Assembly (NCBI GenBank): GCA_965203905.1
Contig: CBDBDQ010000005.1
Coordinates: 2,304,001 to 2,368,000 of the forward strand
Reading direction: 5' to 3'
DNA length: 64,000 bases
Source of the DNA: Spirochaetia bacterium
GTDB taxonomy: Bacteria > Spirochaetota > Spirochaetia > SZUA-6 > Bin103
Each line of letters starts with the position of its first letter. The stretch's first letter is position 1. The notes beneath the pieces were generated by a model. That model was not told where the DNA came from. It saw only the letters and a program-made list of their open reading frames with translations, and ran no database searches. The position numbers were made by a program, and so were the translations under genes. Below, piece by piece: positions 28,234 through 37,205 of this stretch.

Positions 28234-29574
28234 ATGAAGCGGCTGATTGACTACCATTTGCAGGAATGGAAGCAGCACCCGGACCGCAAGGCGTTGCTGC
28301 TGCGCGGCGCCCGGCAGGTGGGCAAGACCTACTCGGTGCGCTCGTTCGGTCAGTCCTTCGACGAGCTGGTAGAGATAAATCTGGAGCGGAACCCCGAGTT
28401 TGCCGAGGTGTTCCGTGCCAATCTCGATCCGCGGCGGATACTGAGGGACCTCCGTCTCCTGACCGGCAAGCGTCTGCTTCCCGGCACCTCCCTGCTGTTC
28501 ATCGACGAGATTCAACAGCATCCCGCCGCGATCGTTGCCCTGCGCTACCTCTACGAAGAGACGCCGGACCTGCACGTGGTCGCTGCCGGCTCACTGCTGG
28601 AGTTCGCGCTCGACCAGGTCGGCATCCCCGCGGGGCGCGTCGCCTCCCTGCAGATGTACCCACTGTCGTTCCTGGAGTTCCTGGTTGCCCGCGAGGATCG
28701 CTCATTGGCCGAGTATCTGCTTGACCCCGCTCCGAGGCCGGCCGCCAGCGGCGCGGTCCACGACCGGTTGTTGGGTCTCGTCGGAGAGTTCCTCGTCGTC
28801 GGGGGCCTGCCGGAAGTGGCAAGTACCTGGATCGAGCATGAGGCACCCGACCGCTGCAGCGACATCCTCGACGATATCGCAACCGCGTATCGCCAGGACT
28901 TCGCCAAGTACGCAAGGCGATTCCAGATCAAGTATGTCGACCTGGTCTTCGGCGAAGTCCCGGCTCTGATGGGCAGGAAGTTCACCTACAGTTCGCTGCC
29001 GGGGAGCTGGAAGGCCCGTGAACTCGCCCCGGCGCTTGATCTGCTGTGCCAGGCCGCCGTGGTGCACAAGGTTACTCACTCGTCCGGGAACGGAGTGCCG
29101 CTCAGGGCGGAGTGCGACCCGCGGCGCTTCAAGACGCTGTTGCTCGATGTGGGGCTGGCACAGCGCATCATGGGCGCCGACGTGAGACCCTGGATACTGA
29201 ACCCCGAGGCGGCCATTCGCAACGCCGGCGGAGTGGCGGAGGCGTTCGTGGGCCAGGAGCTGTTGGCCTACAGTCGACCGCGGGCAAAGGCAGAACTGTT
29301 CTACTGGCATCGAGAGGCGCGCTCCAGCAACGCGGAGGTGGACTACCTCCTGGTAGAGGAGAACCGGGTGATCCCCGTCGAAGTAAAGAGCGGCACGACC
29401 GGTCGGCTGCGAAGTCTGCGACTGTTCCTTGACGAAAAGAGCGGCAACGCTCCGTACGGCATCCGTTTCTCAGGCCTGCCGGAGTCGACCCACGCCGATC
29501 TGCGTTCCTATCCCCTGTATGCCGTGCCCCGCGTCTTGCGCCACCAGATCCCAACCGGATGGTGGCTCGCCTGA
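28234..29574 (+). CDS. AAA ATPase with DUF4143 (PD-(D/E)xK-like C-terminus)
   Basis: GARQVGKT, IDEIQ, YPLSFLEF and EVDYL...PVEVKSG. Confidence 0.92.
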   Translation: MKRLIDYHLQEWKQHPDRKALLLRGARQVGKTYSVRSFGQSFDELVEINLERNPEFAEVFRANLDPRRILRDLRLLTGKRLLPGTSLLFIDEIQQHPAAIVALRYLYEETPDLHVVAAGSLLEFALDQVGIPAGRVASLQMYPLSFLEFLVAREDRSLAEYLLDPAPRPAASGAVHDRLLGLVGEFLVVGGLPEVASTWIEHEAPDRCSDILDDIATAYRQDFAKYARRFQIKYVDLVFGEVPALMGRKFTYSSLPGSWKARELAPALDLLCQAAVVHKVTHSSGNGVPLRAECDPRRFKTLLLDVGLAQRIMGADVRPWILNPEAAIRNAGGVAEAFVGQELLAYSRPRAKAELFYWHREARSSNAEVDYLLVEENRVIPVEVKSGTTGRLRSLRLFLDEKSGNAPYGIRFSGLPESTHADLRSYPLYAVPRVLRHQIPTGWWLA

Positions 29575-29655
29575 CGGCCGTGGAGTGACCGTGCCCAGCG
29601 GGCCTGCTTCCATACCGGGGGAGGCGCCGCTAAGGTGAAGGAGGACGATACAAAA

Positions 29656-31197
29656 ATGAGTAGCTGCCCGAACATCCTGTTGCTGTTCTCCGATCAGCAT
29701 CACGCCAAGGTACTGGGGCACAAGGGTCACCCCGACGTCAGCACTCCGCACCTGGACCGCCTCGCCGCCGAGGGGGTGCGCTTCGACAACGCCATCACCC
29801 AGAATCCGATCTGCACCCCGAGCCGCACCTGCTGGCTGTCGGGCCAGTACTGCCACAACCACGGCTACTACGGCCTGAGCGGTCCCAACCCGGGCGGCCT
29901 GCCAACGCTGTTCGGACACCTGCGCCGCCACGGCTACCGCACCGGCGCCGTCGGCAAGATCCACTGCCCGGAGTACTGGGTGGAGGATGACGTCGACTTC
30001 TTCCTGGACACCTGCGGCACCAGCATCGGTGGCCGCTCGGCGGCCTACGCCGACTACCTCGCCGAGCGGGGACTTACGGAATCGGAGGACCACGGCGCGA
30101 TGCAGGAATTCGGCGCCGCCGGCCGGCAGACCTGCGACGCCCGCCCGAGCAAGGTGAGCTACGAGGATGGCCAGGAGGGCTACCTGACGCGCGCCGGCAT
30201 CGACTTCATGCGCCGCTGCGCGGACGACGGCCGTCCCTTCTTCCTGCAGGCCAACTTCCCCAAGCCGCACCAGTGCTACACGCCCGCGCAGCCGTTCTGG
30301 GACCGGTACGACGAGGCCGCCCTCACCCTGCCGCCCAACGCCGACCACGACCTGCACGGCAAGGCACCGCACCTGCAGGCCACGGTGCAGCGCTGGCGCA
30401 CCACCGACTGGCAGTTGTTCGAGCCCAAGACCTTCGCCGCCGGGCGCCTGCGCAAGCTGCACGGCTACCTGGGCAACGTCAGCCACGTCGACCACGCGGT
30501 GGGCGAGTTTCTCCAGTTCCTGGACGAAGCGGGGCTGGCGGAGGACACCATCGTGGTCTACTCCTCCGACCACGGCGACTACGCCGCCGAGTTCGGGATC
30601 ATGGAGAAGGCGCCGGGGATCTGCTCCGACGCCATCACCCGGGTGCCGTTCATCTGGCGCTGGCCGGGCCGCTTTCCCGCCGGCCGCGTCGCCGAAGAGC
30701 TGGTGGAGAGCGTCGACTTCGCCACCACGGCGTGCGCGCTGGCCGGCGCGCACGCGATGGAAGCCGGCGACGGTCACGACATCTCCCACCTGCTGCGCGG
30801 CGAGAGCGGCGCCGTGCGCCGCGTCGCGGTAACCGAGTTCGCGTTCAGCAAGAGCGTGCGCAAGGGCCGCTTCCGCTACGTCCACTACCCGGTCGGGATG
30901 TTCTCCCGCTTCGGCGCCGAATGGGAGGAGCGCGGCTTCGCCGAGCTCTACGACCTGGAGGCCGACCCCTGGGAACAGGAAAACCTGGCCCTGCTGCCGC
31001 GCCACCGCGCCACCGTGGAGGAGTTGCGCGCCGACCTGATCGACTGGCTGGTCACCACTACCCGCCCGACCACCGTGCTGCGGCTGCCCGATGCCCCCAC
31101 CGAGCAGCGCACCTGGCGCTACGGCAACCCGGTCAACCGCGACGGCAAGTTCAACCCGCGCCGCGTCACCGAGCTGGCCACCCTCAACTACCTCTGA
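29656..31197 (+). CDS. Sulfatase
   Basis: PNILLLFSDQH, CTPSR, GKIH and SDHG. Confidence 0.95.
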   Translation: MSSCPNILLLFSDQHHAKVLGHKGHPDVSTPHLDRLAAEGVRFDNAITQNPICTPSRTCWLSGQYCHNHGYYGLSGPNPGGLPTLFGHLRRHGYRTGAVGKIHCPEYWVEDDVDFFLDTCGTSIGGRSAAYADYLAERGLTESEDHGAMQEFGAAGRQTCDARPSKVSYEDGQEGYLTRAGIDFMRRCADDGRPFFLQANFPKPHQCYTPAQPFWDRYDEAALTLPPNADHDLHGKAPHLQATVQRWRTTDWQLFEPKTFAAGRLRKLHGYLGNVSHVDHAVGEFLQFLDEAGLAEDTIVVYSSDHGDYAAEFGIMEKAPGICSDAITRVPFIWRWPGRFPAGRVAEELVESVDFATTACALAGAHAMEAGDGHDISHLLRGESGAVRRVAVTEFAFSKSVRKGRFRYVHYPVGMFSRFGAEWEERGFAELYDLEADPWEQENLALLPRHRATVEELRADLIDWLVTTTRPTTVLRLPDAPTEQRTWRYGNPVNRDGKFNPRRVTELATLNYL

Positions 31198-31287
31198 ACG
31201 GGCCCGGGTGCATTCTTTCTCTGTGGCACCTGCGGCATCTGTGGTACGGGAACAGAGACCCCTCCCGGAGATTCGATGATGTGGTAA

Positions 31288-32596
31288 GGACTCTCGCCAA
31301 AATAAAGTGATCGAACGGAGTAGCCGATAATCTACTCAGACGTAGTGGACCCAATTCTCACCCAAGCGGTCAAGACCAAGTTCGCAGCCCTGAATCCATT
31401 GTTTGACGAGCGCCTCCGGCGCCGCTGGGCTGCGGTGGAGGCGCGCCTGCTGGGCCGTGGCGGCATCGCCTGTGTGGCGGCCGCCACCGGGATCTCGCGG
31501 ACCACCATTCACGCCGGGCTGAAGGAACTGGATGCCGGCGCAGCAGCAGGGGCACAAGCCAACAGCGGACGCCAGCGACGACCCGGCGCAGGCCGTAAGC
31601 CGTTGACCGCCCGCGACCCGAAGTTGACACAGGCGCTGGAGCGGTTGGTCGACCCGGTCACCCGCGGCGACCCGATGGGGCCGTTGCTGTGGACCTGCAG
31701 TAGCGCGGCGCGGTTGGCCGAGGAACTGCAGGCGGCCGGTCACCCGGTGAGCGAGCGGACCGTGAACCGGCTGTTGCATGAGTTGGGCTACAGCCTGCAG
31801 GCCAACCGCAAGACGCTGGAAGGCACGCAGCATGTCGACCGCGATGCGCAGTTCAAGCACATCAACCGGAGGGTGCGCGCGTTTCAGGCTCTGCGGCAGC
31901 CGGTAGTTTCTGTTGACACCAAGAAAAAGGAGTTGGTGGGCGAGTACCGCAACGGGGGTCGAGAGTGGCGCCCGAAGGGCCAACCGGAGCGCGTCAAGGT
32001 GCACGATTTCGTGGATAAGACGCTCGGCAAGGCGATTCCGTACGGGATCTACGACGTGACCGGTGACACCGGCTGGGTGAGCGTGGGGGAGGATCACGAC
32101 ACCGCGGTATTCGCCGTGGAGACACTGCGGAGGTGGTGGCAGAGGATGGGCCATATGGCGTATCCACAGGCGCGGCGGTTGCTGATCACGGCCGACGGGG
32201 GCGGTTCAAACAGCAGTCGCAGTCGGCTGTGGAAGGTGGAGTTGCAGCAGTTCGCCGATGCCACGGGGCTGCGCATCTCGGTGTGTCACTTTCCGCCGGG
32301 GACCAGCAAGTGGAACAAGATCGAGCATCGGATGTTCTGTCACATCACCGAGAACTGGCGCGGGCGACCGCTGGTGAGCCGGCAGGTGGTGGTGAACCTG
32401 ATCGGCCACACGAGGACCAGGAGCGGCTTGACGATCCGCTCGGAGTTGGACCACAACAGCTACCCGACGGGGCAGACGGTGAGCGACGAACAGATGCAGG
32501 CACTGAATCTGAAGCGCGATCGGTTTCACGGCGAATGGAACTACATGCTGACTCCCCGACAGTGACTAAAAGACCAACTTATTTTGGCGAGACTCC
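31288..32596 (+). mobile_element. ISAzo13-family insertion sequence, complete
   Basis: 18 bp IRs GGACTCTCGCCAAAATAA / TTATTTTGGCGAGACTCC (1 mismatch) flanked by TAA direct repeats. Confidence 0.9.
31345..32565 (+). CDS. ISAzo13 family transposase
   Basis: SVDTKKKELVG, ITADGGGSN and PPGTSKWNKIEHR. Confidence 0.95.
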   Translation: MDPILTQAVKTKFAALNPLFDERLRRRWAAVEARLLGRGGIACVAAATGISRTTIHAGLKELDAGAAAGAQANSGRQRRPGAGRKPLTARDPKLTQALERLVDPVTRGDPMGPLLWTCSSAARLAEELQAAGHPVSERTVNRLLHELGYSLQANRKTLEGTQHVDRDAQFKHINRRVRAFQALRQPVVSVDTKKKELVGEYRNGGREWRPKGQPERVKVHDFVDKTLGKAIPYGIYDVTGDTGWVSVGEDHDTAVFAVETLRRWWQRMGHMAYPQARRLLITADGGGSNSSRSRLWKVELQQFADATGLRISVCHFPPGTSKWNKIEHRMFCHITENWRGRPLVSRQVVVNLIGHTRTRSGLTIRSELDHNSYPTGQTVSDEQMQALNLKRDRFHGEWNYMLTPRQ

Positions 32597-32611
32597 TAAG
32601 CATCTACCCCC

Positions 32612-32751
32612 GTGATGAGTCGTCGCTTCTGGGACGACTACGAAAGCCTGCTTCCCTCATCGCCCACCCCAGAATCCACCCAGACCCAGCCAGACCCAGC
32701 TCGACCCAGCTCGAGGCGGCCTGACCGCTACCACACTGACGGAATGCACCC
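32612..32751 (+). mobile_element. ISKra4-like right-end remnant
   Basis: Shares aatccacccagacccag...cctgaccgct.ccaca.tgacggaatgcaccc with 34934-34993. Confidence 0.55.
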
Positions 32752-32766
32752 CAGCGGCACCTTGCC

Positions 32767-34065
32767 TCACGTCACCGAGTCTCGCGGTGCGGAGCGCTGC
32801 CGGCGCTGGTGGCGGTAACGGTGGTGAGCCGCGCAGCGCAAGACGAGGTTCCCCGGCTCCGCGCCGCCGCCAACCGCGACCGGAACGATGTGGTCCATCT
32901 CGAGGAAGAAGCGTGAGCCGCAGCGCCGCCCGCTGTCCCAGTCGACGAAGGTGCAGCAGCCCTGGTCGCGCCGCCAAACCTCTCGTTTCACCGCAGCCGG
33001 AATCGATCTGCCCGACGATCTGGCGGACTTCTCCACCGAAGTCGGCTCCCCTGCGCCGCCGGTCCTCCGTTCCGGTGTCGAACTACCGGTTGCCACGCGG
33101 GACTTCGCCGCCGAAGTCGGCTCCGCCGATCCTGCGCCCCCCGTGCTCCGCTCCGAAGTCGAATCGCTAGCTGCCACGCGCGGCTTCGCCGCCGAAGGGG
33201 ACACCGCCGCCGCCGCGACGCGATCTGCCGTCTCCCGCCCCGCTGTCCCGGACGGACGCTCGCCACCCGCAGAGTCTGACTTCCGCTTCCGGCGGCGCGG
33301 CCGGCTCGGATCGTAGCGCTCCAGGCCCTCCCGCACCAGCCGCCCGACGAGTTGCCCAACCGTCAGGTGCGGATCCACGTGCGACAGCAGCTCCCGCAGC
33401 TGCTGCAGTCCACGCTGGCACTCGGCGTCGATCACCGCCTTCAGCTCCCAGCGCCCGTCCCCCAGCGCGCGCAGCCGCTCGGCCGGCGCCGCCGCCTCGG
33501 GATCCACCTCCGCCAGCATCTGCTGCACCTGCCGCGTGCTCTTGCCCACCGCCTGCTCCACCAGCTGCTGCCGGGCGTGCGCATCCAGCACCGGCGATGG
33601 CGCACCCTCCGCCTCGCCCGGCGTCGCGGATGGAGCCGAGCCGGCACGCGGCGCGGCGTTGGTGCCGGCTCCCGGCGATCCGGTGGCGGTCCGTCCGCCT
33701 GCGCTGCGGTCCCAGCGCTCGAACGAGTTCTGCAACAGGGCGGCGTTGCTCAGGTTCAGCGAGCCGTCCTGCAGCCACGCGCGCACCCCGCGGGTCTCGC
33801 GGCACAGGCGCATGGCCTTGATACGGCGCCACGCGGCTGCCTCGGTATAGTGCAGCTCGCGCACGGTGTAGTCGAACAAGCTGGAGTAGCCGAGGCGCAG
33901 GTACAGGCGCCGGGCCTCGATTTCGCGCAGGTGGTCGAGGACGCTGAGCTGCAGCGCCTGCTCGTGGCGGGCGAGCATTCTGGTCCGCTCCAGCAGCACC
34001 TGGTCGGGGAGCACGGCGACCGTGGAGAGGAGCTCTTCGGAGGCTGACTCGGTCACGTTCGTCAT
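32767..34065 (-). CDS. HNH endonuclease with DUF222-like helical N-terminus
   Basis: RRLYLRLGYSSLFDY N-domain; C-terminal RDQGCC...C...LEMDHIVPVAVGG...NLVLRCAAHH; repetitive linker. Confidence 0.85.
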   Translation of the reverse strand: MTNVTESASEELLSTVAVLPDQVLLERTRMLARHEQALQLSVLDHLREIEARRLYLRLGYSSLFDYTVRELHYTEAAAWRRIKAMRLCRETRGVRAWLQDGSLNLSNAALLQNSFERWDRSAGGRTATGSPGAGTNAAPRAGSAPSATPGEAEGAPSPVLDAHARQQLVEQAVGKSTRQVQQMLAEVDPEAAAPAERLRALGDGRWELKAVIDAECQRGLQQLRELLSHVDPHLTVGQLVGRLVREGLERYDPSRPRRRKRKSDSAGGERPSGTAGRETADRVAAAAVSPSAAKPRVAASDSTSERSTGGAGSAEPTSAAKSRVATGSSTPERRTGGAGEPTSVEKSARSSGRSIPAAVKREVWRRDQGCCTFVDWDSGRRCGSRFFLEMDHIVPVAVGGGAEPGNLVLRCAAHHRYRHQRRQRSAPRDSVT

Positions 34066-34299
34066 GGCGTAAATATACCACTGGATTGAAAATGCCACGA
34101 ACTTCCAGGTCTCGGACAGGCGTCGGAGATGGCTCAGGACGGGCGTAGCAAGGGCGCTATCGATCCAGCGGGCGCGAAGTGTTCTCTGGAAAGTCGGAAG
34201 CGCCGCTACGGCCCGTAGAGGGCCGTCATGAGCGCGTCAGAATGCGTCAAGTGTTTTCTTGCAAATTTTGGGGATTTTTTGGATCGTCAGCCGGCCGCA

Positions 34300-34705
34300 C
34301 CGGCCGGGACATCTGCCGCACCGCCGCCTGCTGCGATGCCGTCAGAGCCGCCTCGACGTTCACGGCAAAGACCTCCCGCCCCGTCTTCAACGAGACGGCC
34401 GACACCCACACCTCCGGCGCCAGGTCCACGACGTCGCCCATGTTGTCGGCGACGCCCACGGTGTTGACGAACTGATTGACCACGTCGAGAGCGCCAGCGG
34501 CGGACCGGCAGAACGCCTGCACCGCCGCGTCCTCGGTCACGTCGACCACTTCGTGGTACACCGTCGCACCCTGCCCGGTGAGCACCGTGGCCAGGTGTGC
34601 CAGCTCCGCGGCGCGGATGTCGCCGCGCCGGCGCCGGCGAAGGCGCGCGCGATCGCCTCACCGATACCGCCGCAGGCGCCGGTGACGATGACTTTCGATG
34701 CGCTG
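34300..34705 (-). pseudogene. Truncated, frameshifted SDR oxidoreductase
   Basis: KVIVTGACGGIGEAIARAF / DVTEDAAV...VNTVGV; catalytic half missing. Confidence 0.7.
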
Positions 34706-34729
34706 TGAAGGCGCAGCCTGCTGCACCAG

Positions 34730-34993
34730 GGGTGCGTGGGCCGCCGTAAATCAAGGAACTGCAGGAATCGCACGCCAGTGGGCGCTACAGCAAGCAGCAG
34801 TGCTACGACCTCCAGGGCGAGATCAACTACTTCACGGCCAACCAGAAGCGCATGGACTACCCGCTGTATCGGTCGTGCGGTCTGCCGATCGGCAGCGGGG
34901 TCAGTCGAGGGGGCCTGCAAGAAACGTGGTCGCCAATCCACCCAGACCCAGATCTAGGCTGCCTGACCGCTGCCACAGTGACGGAATGCACCC
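34730..34993 (+). mobile_element. Internally deleted ISKra4-like miniature element
   Basis: Ends GGGTGC...GCACCC; encloses YFTANQKRMDYPLYRSCGLPIGSG/VEGACK transposase fragment. Confidence 0.65.
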
Positions 34994-35064
34994 ACGGGCC
35001 CACGGGCCCAATCGGCTCGACTGTCTGGCAACCAGGCGTTAGACTGTGAAGATCGAGCTTCCCC

Positions 35065-35802
35065 ATGGCTGACCACGACGGACACCGTGAACCGGCGACT
35101 CCTGAAGAGGTCTGGAGTATTCTGCGCGAGGTCGCGGAGAGCCAGAAGGAGACCGACCGGCGCATGCAGGAGACCCGCCAACAACTGGAGCGGCAGGGGC
35201 AGGAGACCGACCGGCGCTGGCAGGAGACCCGCCAACGAATGGAGCGGCAGGGACAGGAGACCGACCGGCGCTGGCAGGAGACCCGCCAACGAATGGAGCG
35301 GCAGGGGCAGGAAACCGACCTGCGCCTGCGCAAGCTCGACGAACTGTTCAACGGACAGTGTGGGAAGCTGATGGAGTCCCTCGTCGAGGGCGGCCTCGTC
35401 AAGCTGCTGACAGAGCGCGGCATAGCGGTCGATCACACCATGAACAGTCCGAAGAGGAACTACGGGCCGCAGCGTTGGGAGTTCGACATTCTGGCCGTCA
35501 ACGGCCGGGAAGTCGTGGTGGTGGAGGTGAAGACCACCCTCAAGGTCGACGACGTCGACTACTTCGTGGAACGGCTGCAGGACTTTCCCGAACTGATGCC
35601 CGAGTACGCCGACCGGCGAGTGTACGGCGCGGTGGCGTACCTCAAGTCACACGAGTCGGTGAACGTGCACGCCGGACGGCAGGGCCTGTTCGTGATCCGC
35701 GCTACCGGCAGCAGCGCGAGCATTGCCAACGCCCCGGGATTCACGCCGCGTGCCTTCGGTCGCCGGCGCCAAAGCCGCAACGGCGCCCCCGCTTTACCCT
35801 GA
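35065..35802 (+). CDS. Coiled-coil repeat + PD-(D/E)xK nuclease-like protein (DUF3782-like)
   Basis: QETDRR repeats; GKLMESLVE...EFDILAVNG...VVEVK. Confidence 0.8.
   Translation: MADHDGHREPATPEEVWSILREVAESQKETDRRMQETRQQLERQGQETDRRWQETRQRMERQGQETDRRWQETRQRMERQGQETDLRLRKLDELFNGQCGKLMESLVEGGLVKLLTERGIAVDHTMNSPKRNYGPQRWEFDILAVNGREVVVVEVKTTLKVDDVDYFVERLQDFPELMPEYADRRVYGAVAYLKSHESVNVHAGRQGLFVIRATGSSASIANAPGFTPRAFGRRRQSRNGAPALP
35147..35320 (+). repeat. 54 bp in-frame tandem repeat (about 3.2 copies)
   Basis: aggagaccgacc (last copy aggaaaccgacc) at 35147, 35201, 35255 and 35309. Confidence 0.9.
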
Positions 35803-35923
35803 CGCGAGAATCGGGGCGGCGGGGCCGAGGTCCACGTCTTCCTTGGTACGCCCACGATCAGGGACGGCGCCCTTCCCCGCGGAGCGTTTGCGATACGCCG
35901 CAACCCCGGAGTATCGTGTGACA

Positions 35924-36754
35924 ATGCCTATTGCGGCAGTCCTCCGGTTCGACCGCCGCCGGGATGCGCCGGAGCGTCGCGGGAATCTGCGCGGCGCGCT
36001 CCTTTGCATGCTCGCCGGGCTGCTGGTGAGCGGGTGTTCGGGGGCGCTCGAGATCGTCGTGGTCGAAGAAGACCGGCATGGTGACTCTCCGTCCACAGCC
36101 ACGCCGCTCCCCACCCCTGCTCCCCCGCCCGATCCCCCGATCCGCGATGATCCGCCCGCCGGATACCTGGCCGCCGGCGACGTCGATTACTTCGGAGTAA
36201 CCGTGGCGGAGCTGAGCTCTCTGTACGTGGAGAGCGGCGGCACCACCGACACGTTCGGGGAATTGCTCGACAGCCGGGGCCGGTTGTTCGCCGCCGACGA
36301 CAACTCCGGGCCGGGCCGCAACTTCGCCGTCGCACACCGGCTCAGTCCAGGCACCTACTTTCTGCGGGTCACCGGTACCGGAGTGCGGCCGGTCGGACCC
36401 TACACGCTCAGGGCCGCCCGGACGCCGATCACCGAGCATGGCGACACGCGCGCAACCGCCACCTACGTGTCCCTTGGCACCTCGAGTTACGGCTTCATGC
36501 GCCGCGGCGACGTCGACTACTTCAAGTTCGTGGTCGCCCGGCAGGTAGCGCATATCAGAGTGTACTCGACCGGAATCACCGACACCGTGGCGGCCCTGGA
36601 AGACCGCTTCGGCAGGAGGCTGGACATCGACGACGACTCCGGGCCGGGCCGCAACTTCGGCTTCTCGGCGCTGGTCGGCGCCGGCATCTACTACGTCCGC
36701 GTCGAAGGATTCCGCCTGACCACGGCCGGCGACTATCGCCTGTTCATCGAGTAG
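35924..36754 (+). CDS. Lipoprotein with two PPC-like beta-sandwich domains
   Basis: Lipobox LVSGC; two repeats of GDVDYF...TDT...DD.SGPGRNF...G.YY/F.RV; start uncertain. Confidence 0.75.
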   Translation: MPIAAVLRFDRRRDAPERRGNLRGALLCMLAGLLVSGCSGALEIVVVEEDRHGDSPSTATPLPTPAPPPDPPIRDDPPAGYLAAGDVDYFGVTVAELSSLYVESGGTTDTFGELLDSRGRLFAADDNSGPGRNFAVAHRLSPGTYFLRVTGTGVRPVGPYTLRAARTPITEHGDTRATATYVSLGTSSYGFMRRGDVDYFKFVVARQVAHIRVYSTGITDTVAALEDRFGRRLDIDDDSGPGRNFGFSALVGAGIYYVRVEGFRLTTAGDYRLFIE

Positions 36755-37205
36755 CACCGACACCGGCGATCACCGTTGCAGACTGGTGCATCAGACGTGG
36801 CGGTCCCGAACTGCGCTGGCGGCTGGTGATCCCGGACGAAATAATGGTATATGAGCTATAAAGTATTTCATTGAAAACAAATAGATCATATTCGTATGCA
36901 CTGTTGGAGATGGTGTAGAGCGCCAGTTCGGTCACATTCACGAATTGACGTATTAGTCCCGTAACCCACAAAAAATTCGCCACTTGTCGATCTGACCGTA
37001 GAGGATCTCCCAAGTCTTTGGGATCCTCGGGGACGCAAGTCCATGCTTATCGGCGTAGCGCGCCGCCGCAGACCAGCGCGAGTTCTGCAGCAGCAGAGAA
37101 TCACGAACGCGACCGCCACCGCGGCCACCTCGGTGCCGTCCCTCGCTCTGCCAACTGTCTTGCCGGTAACTGGCGGCGGGTCACCGGGCGGCTGTCCGGT
37201 GCGGG

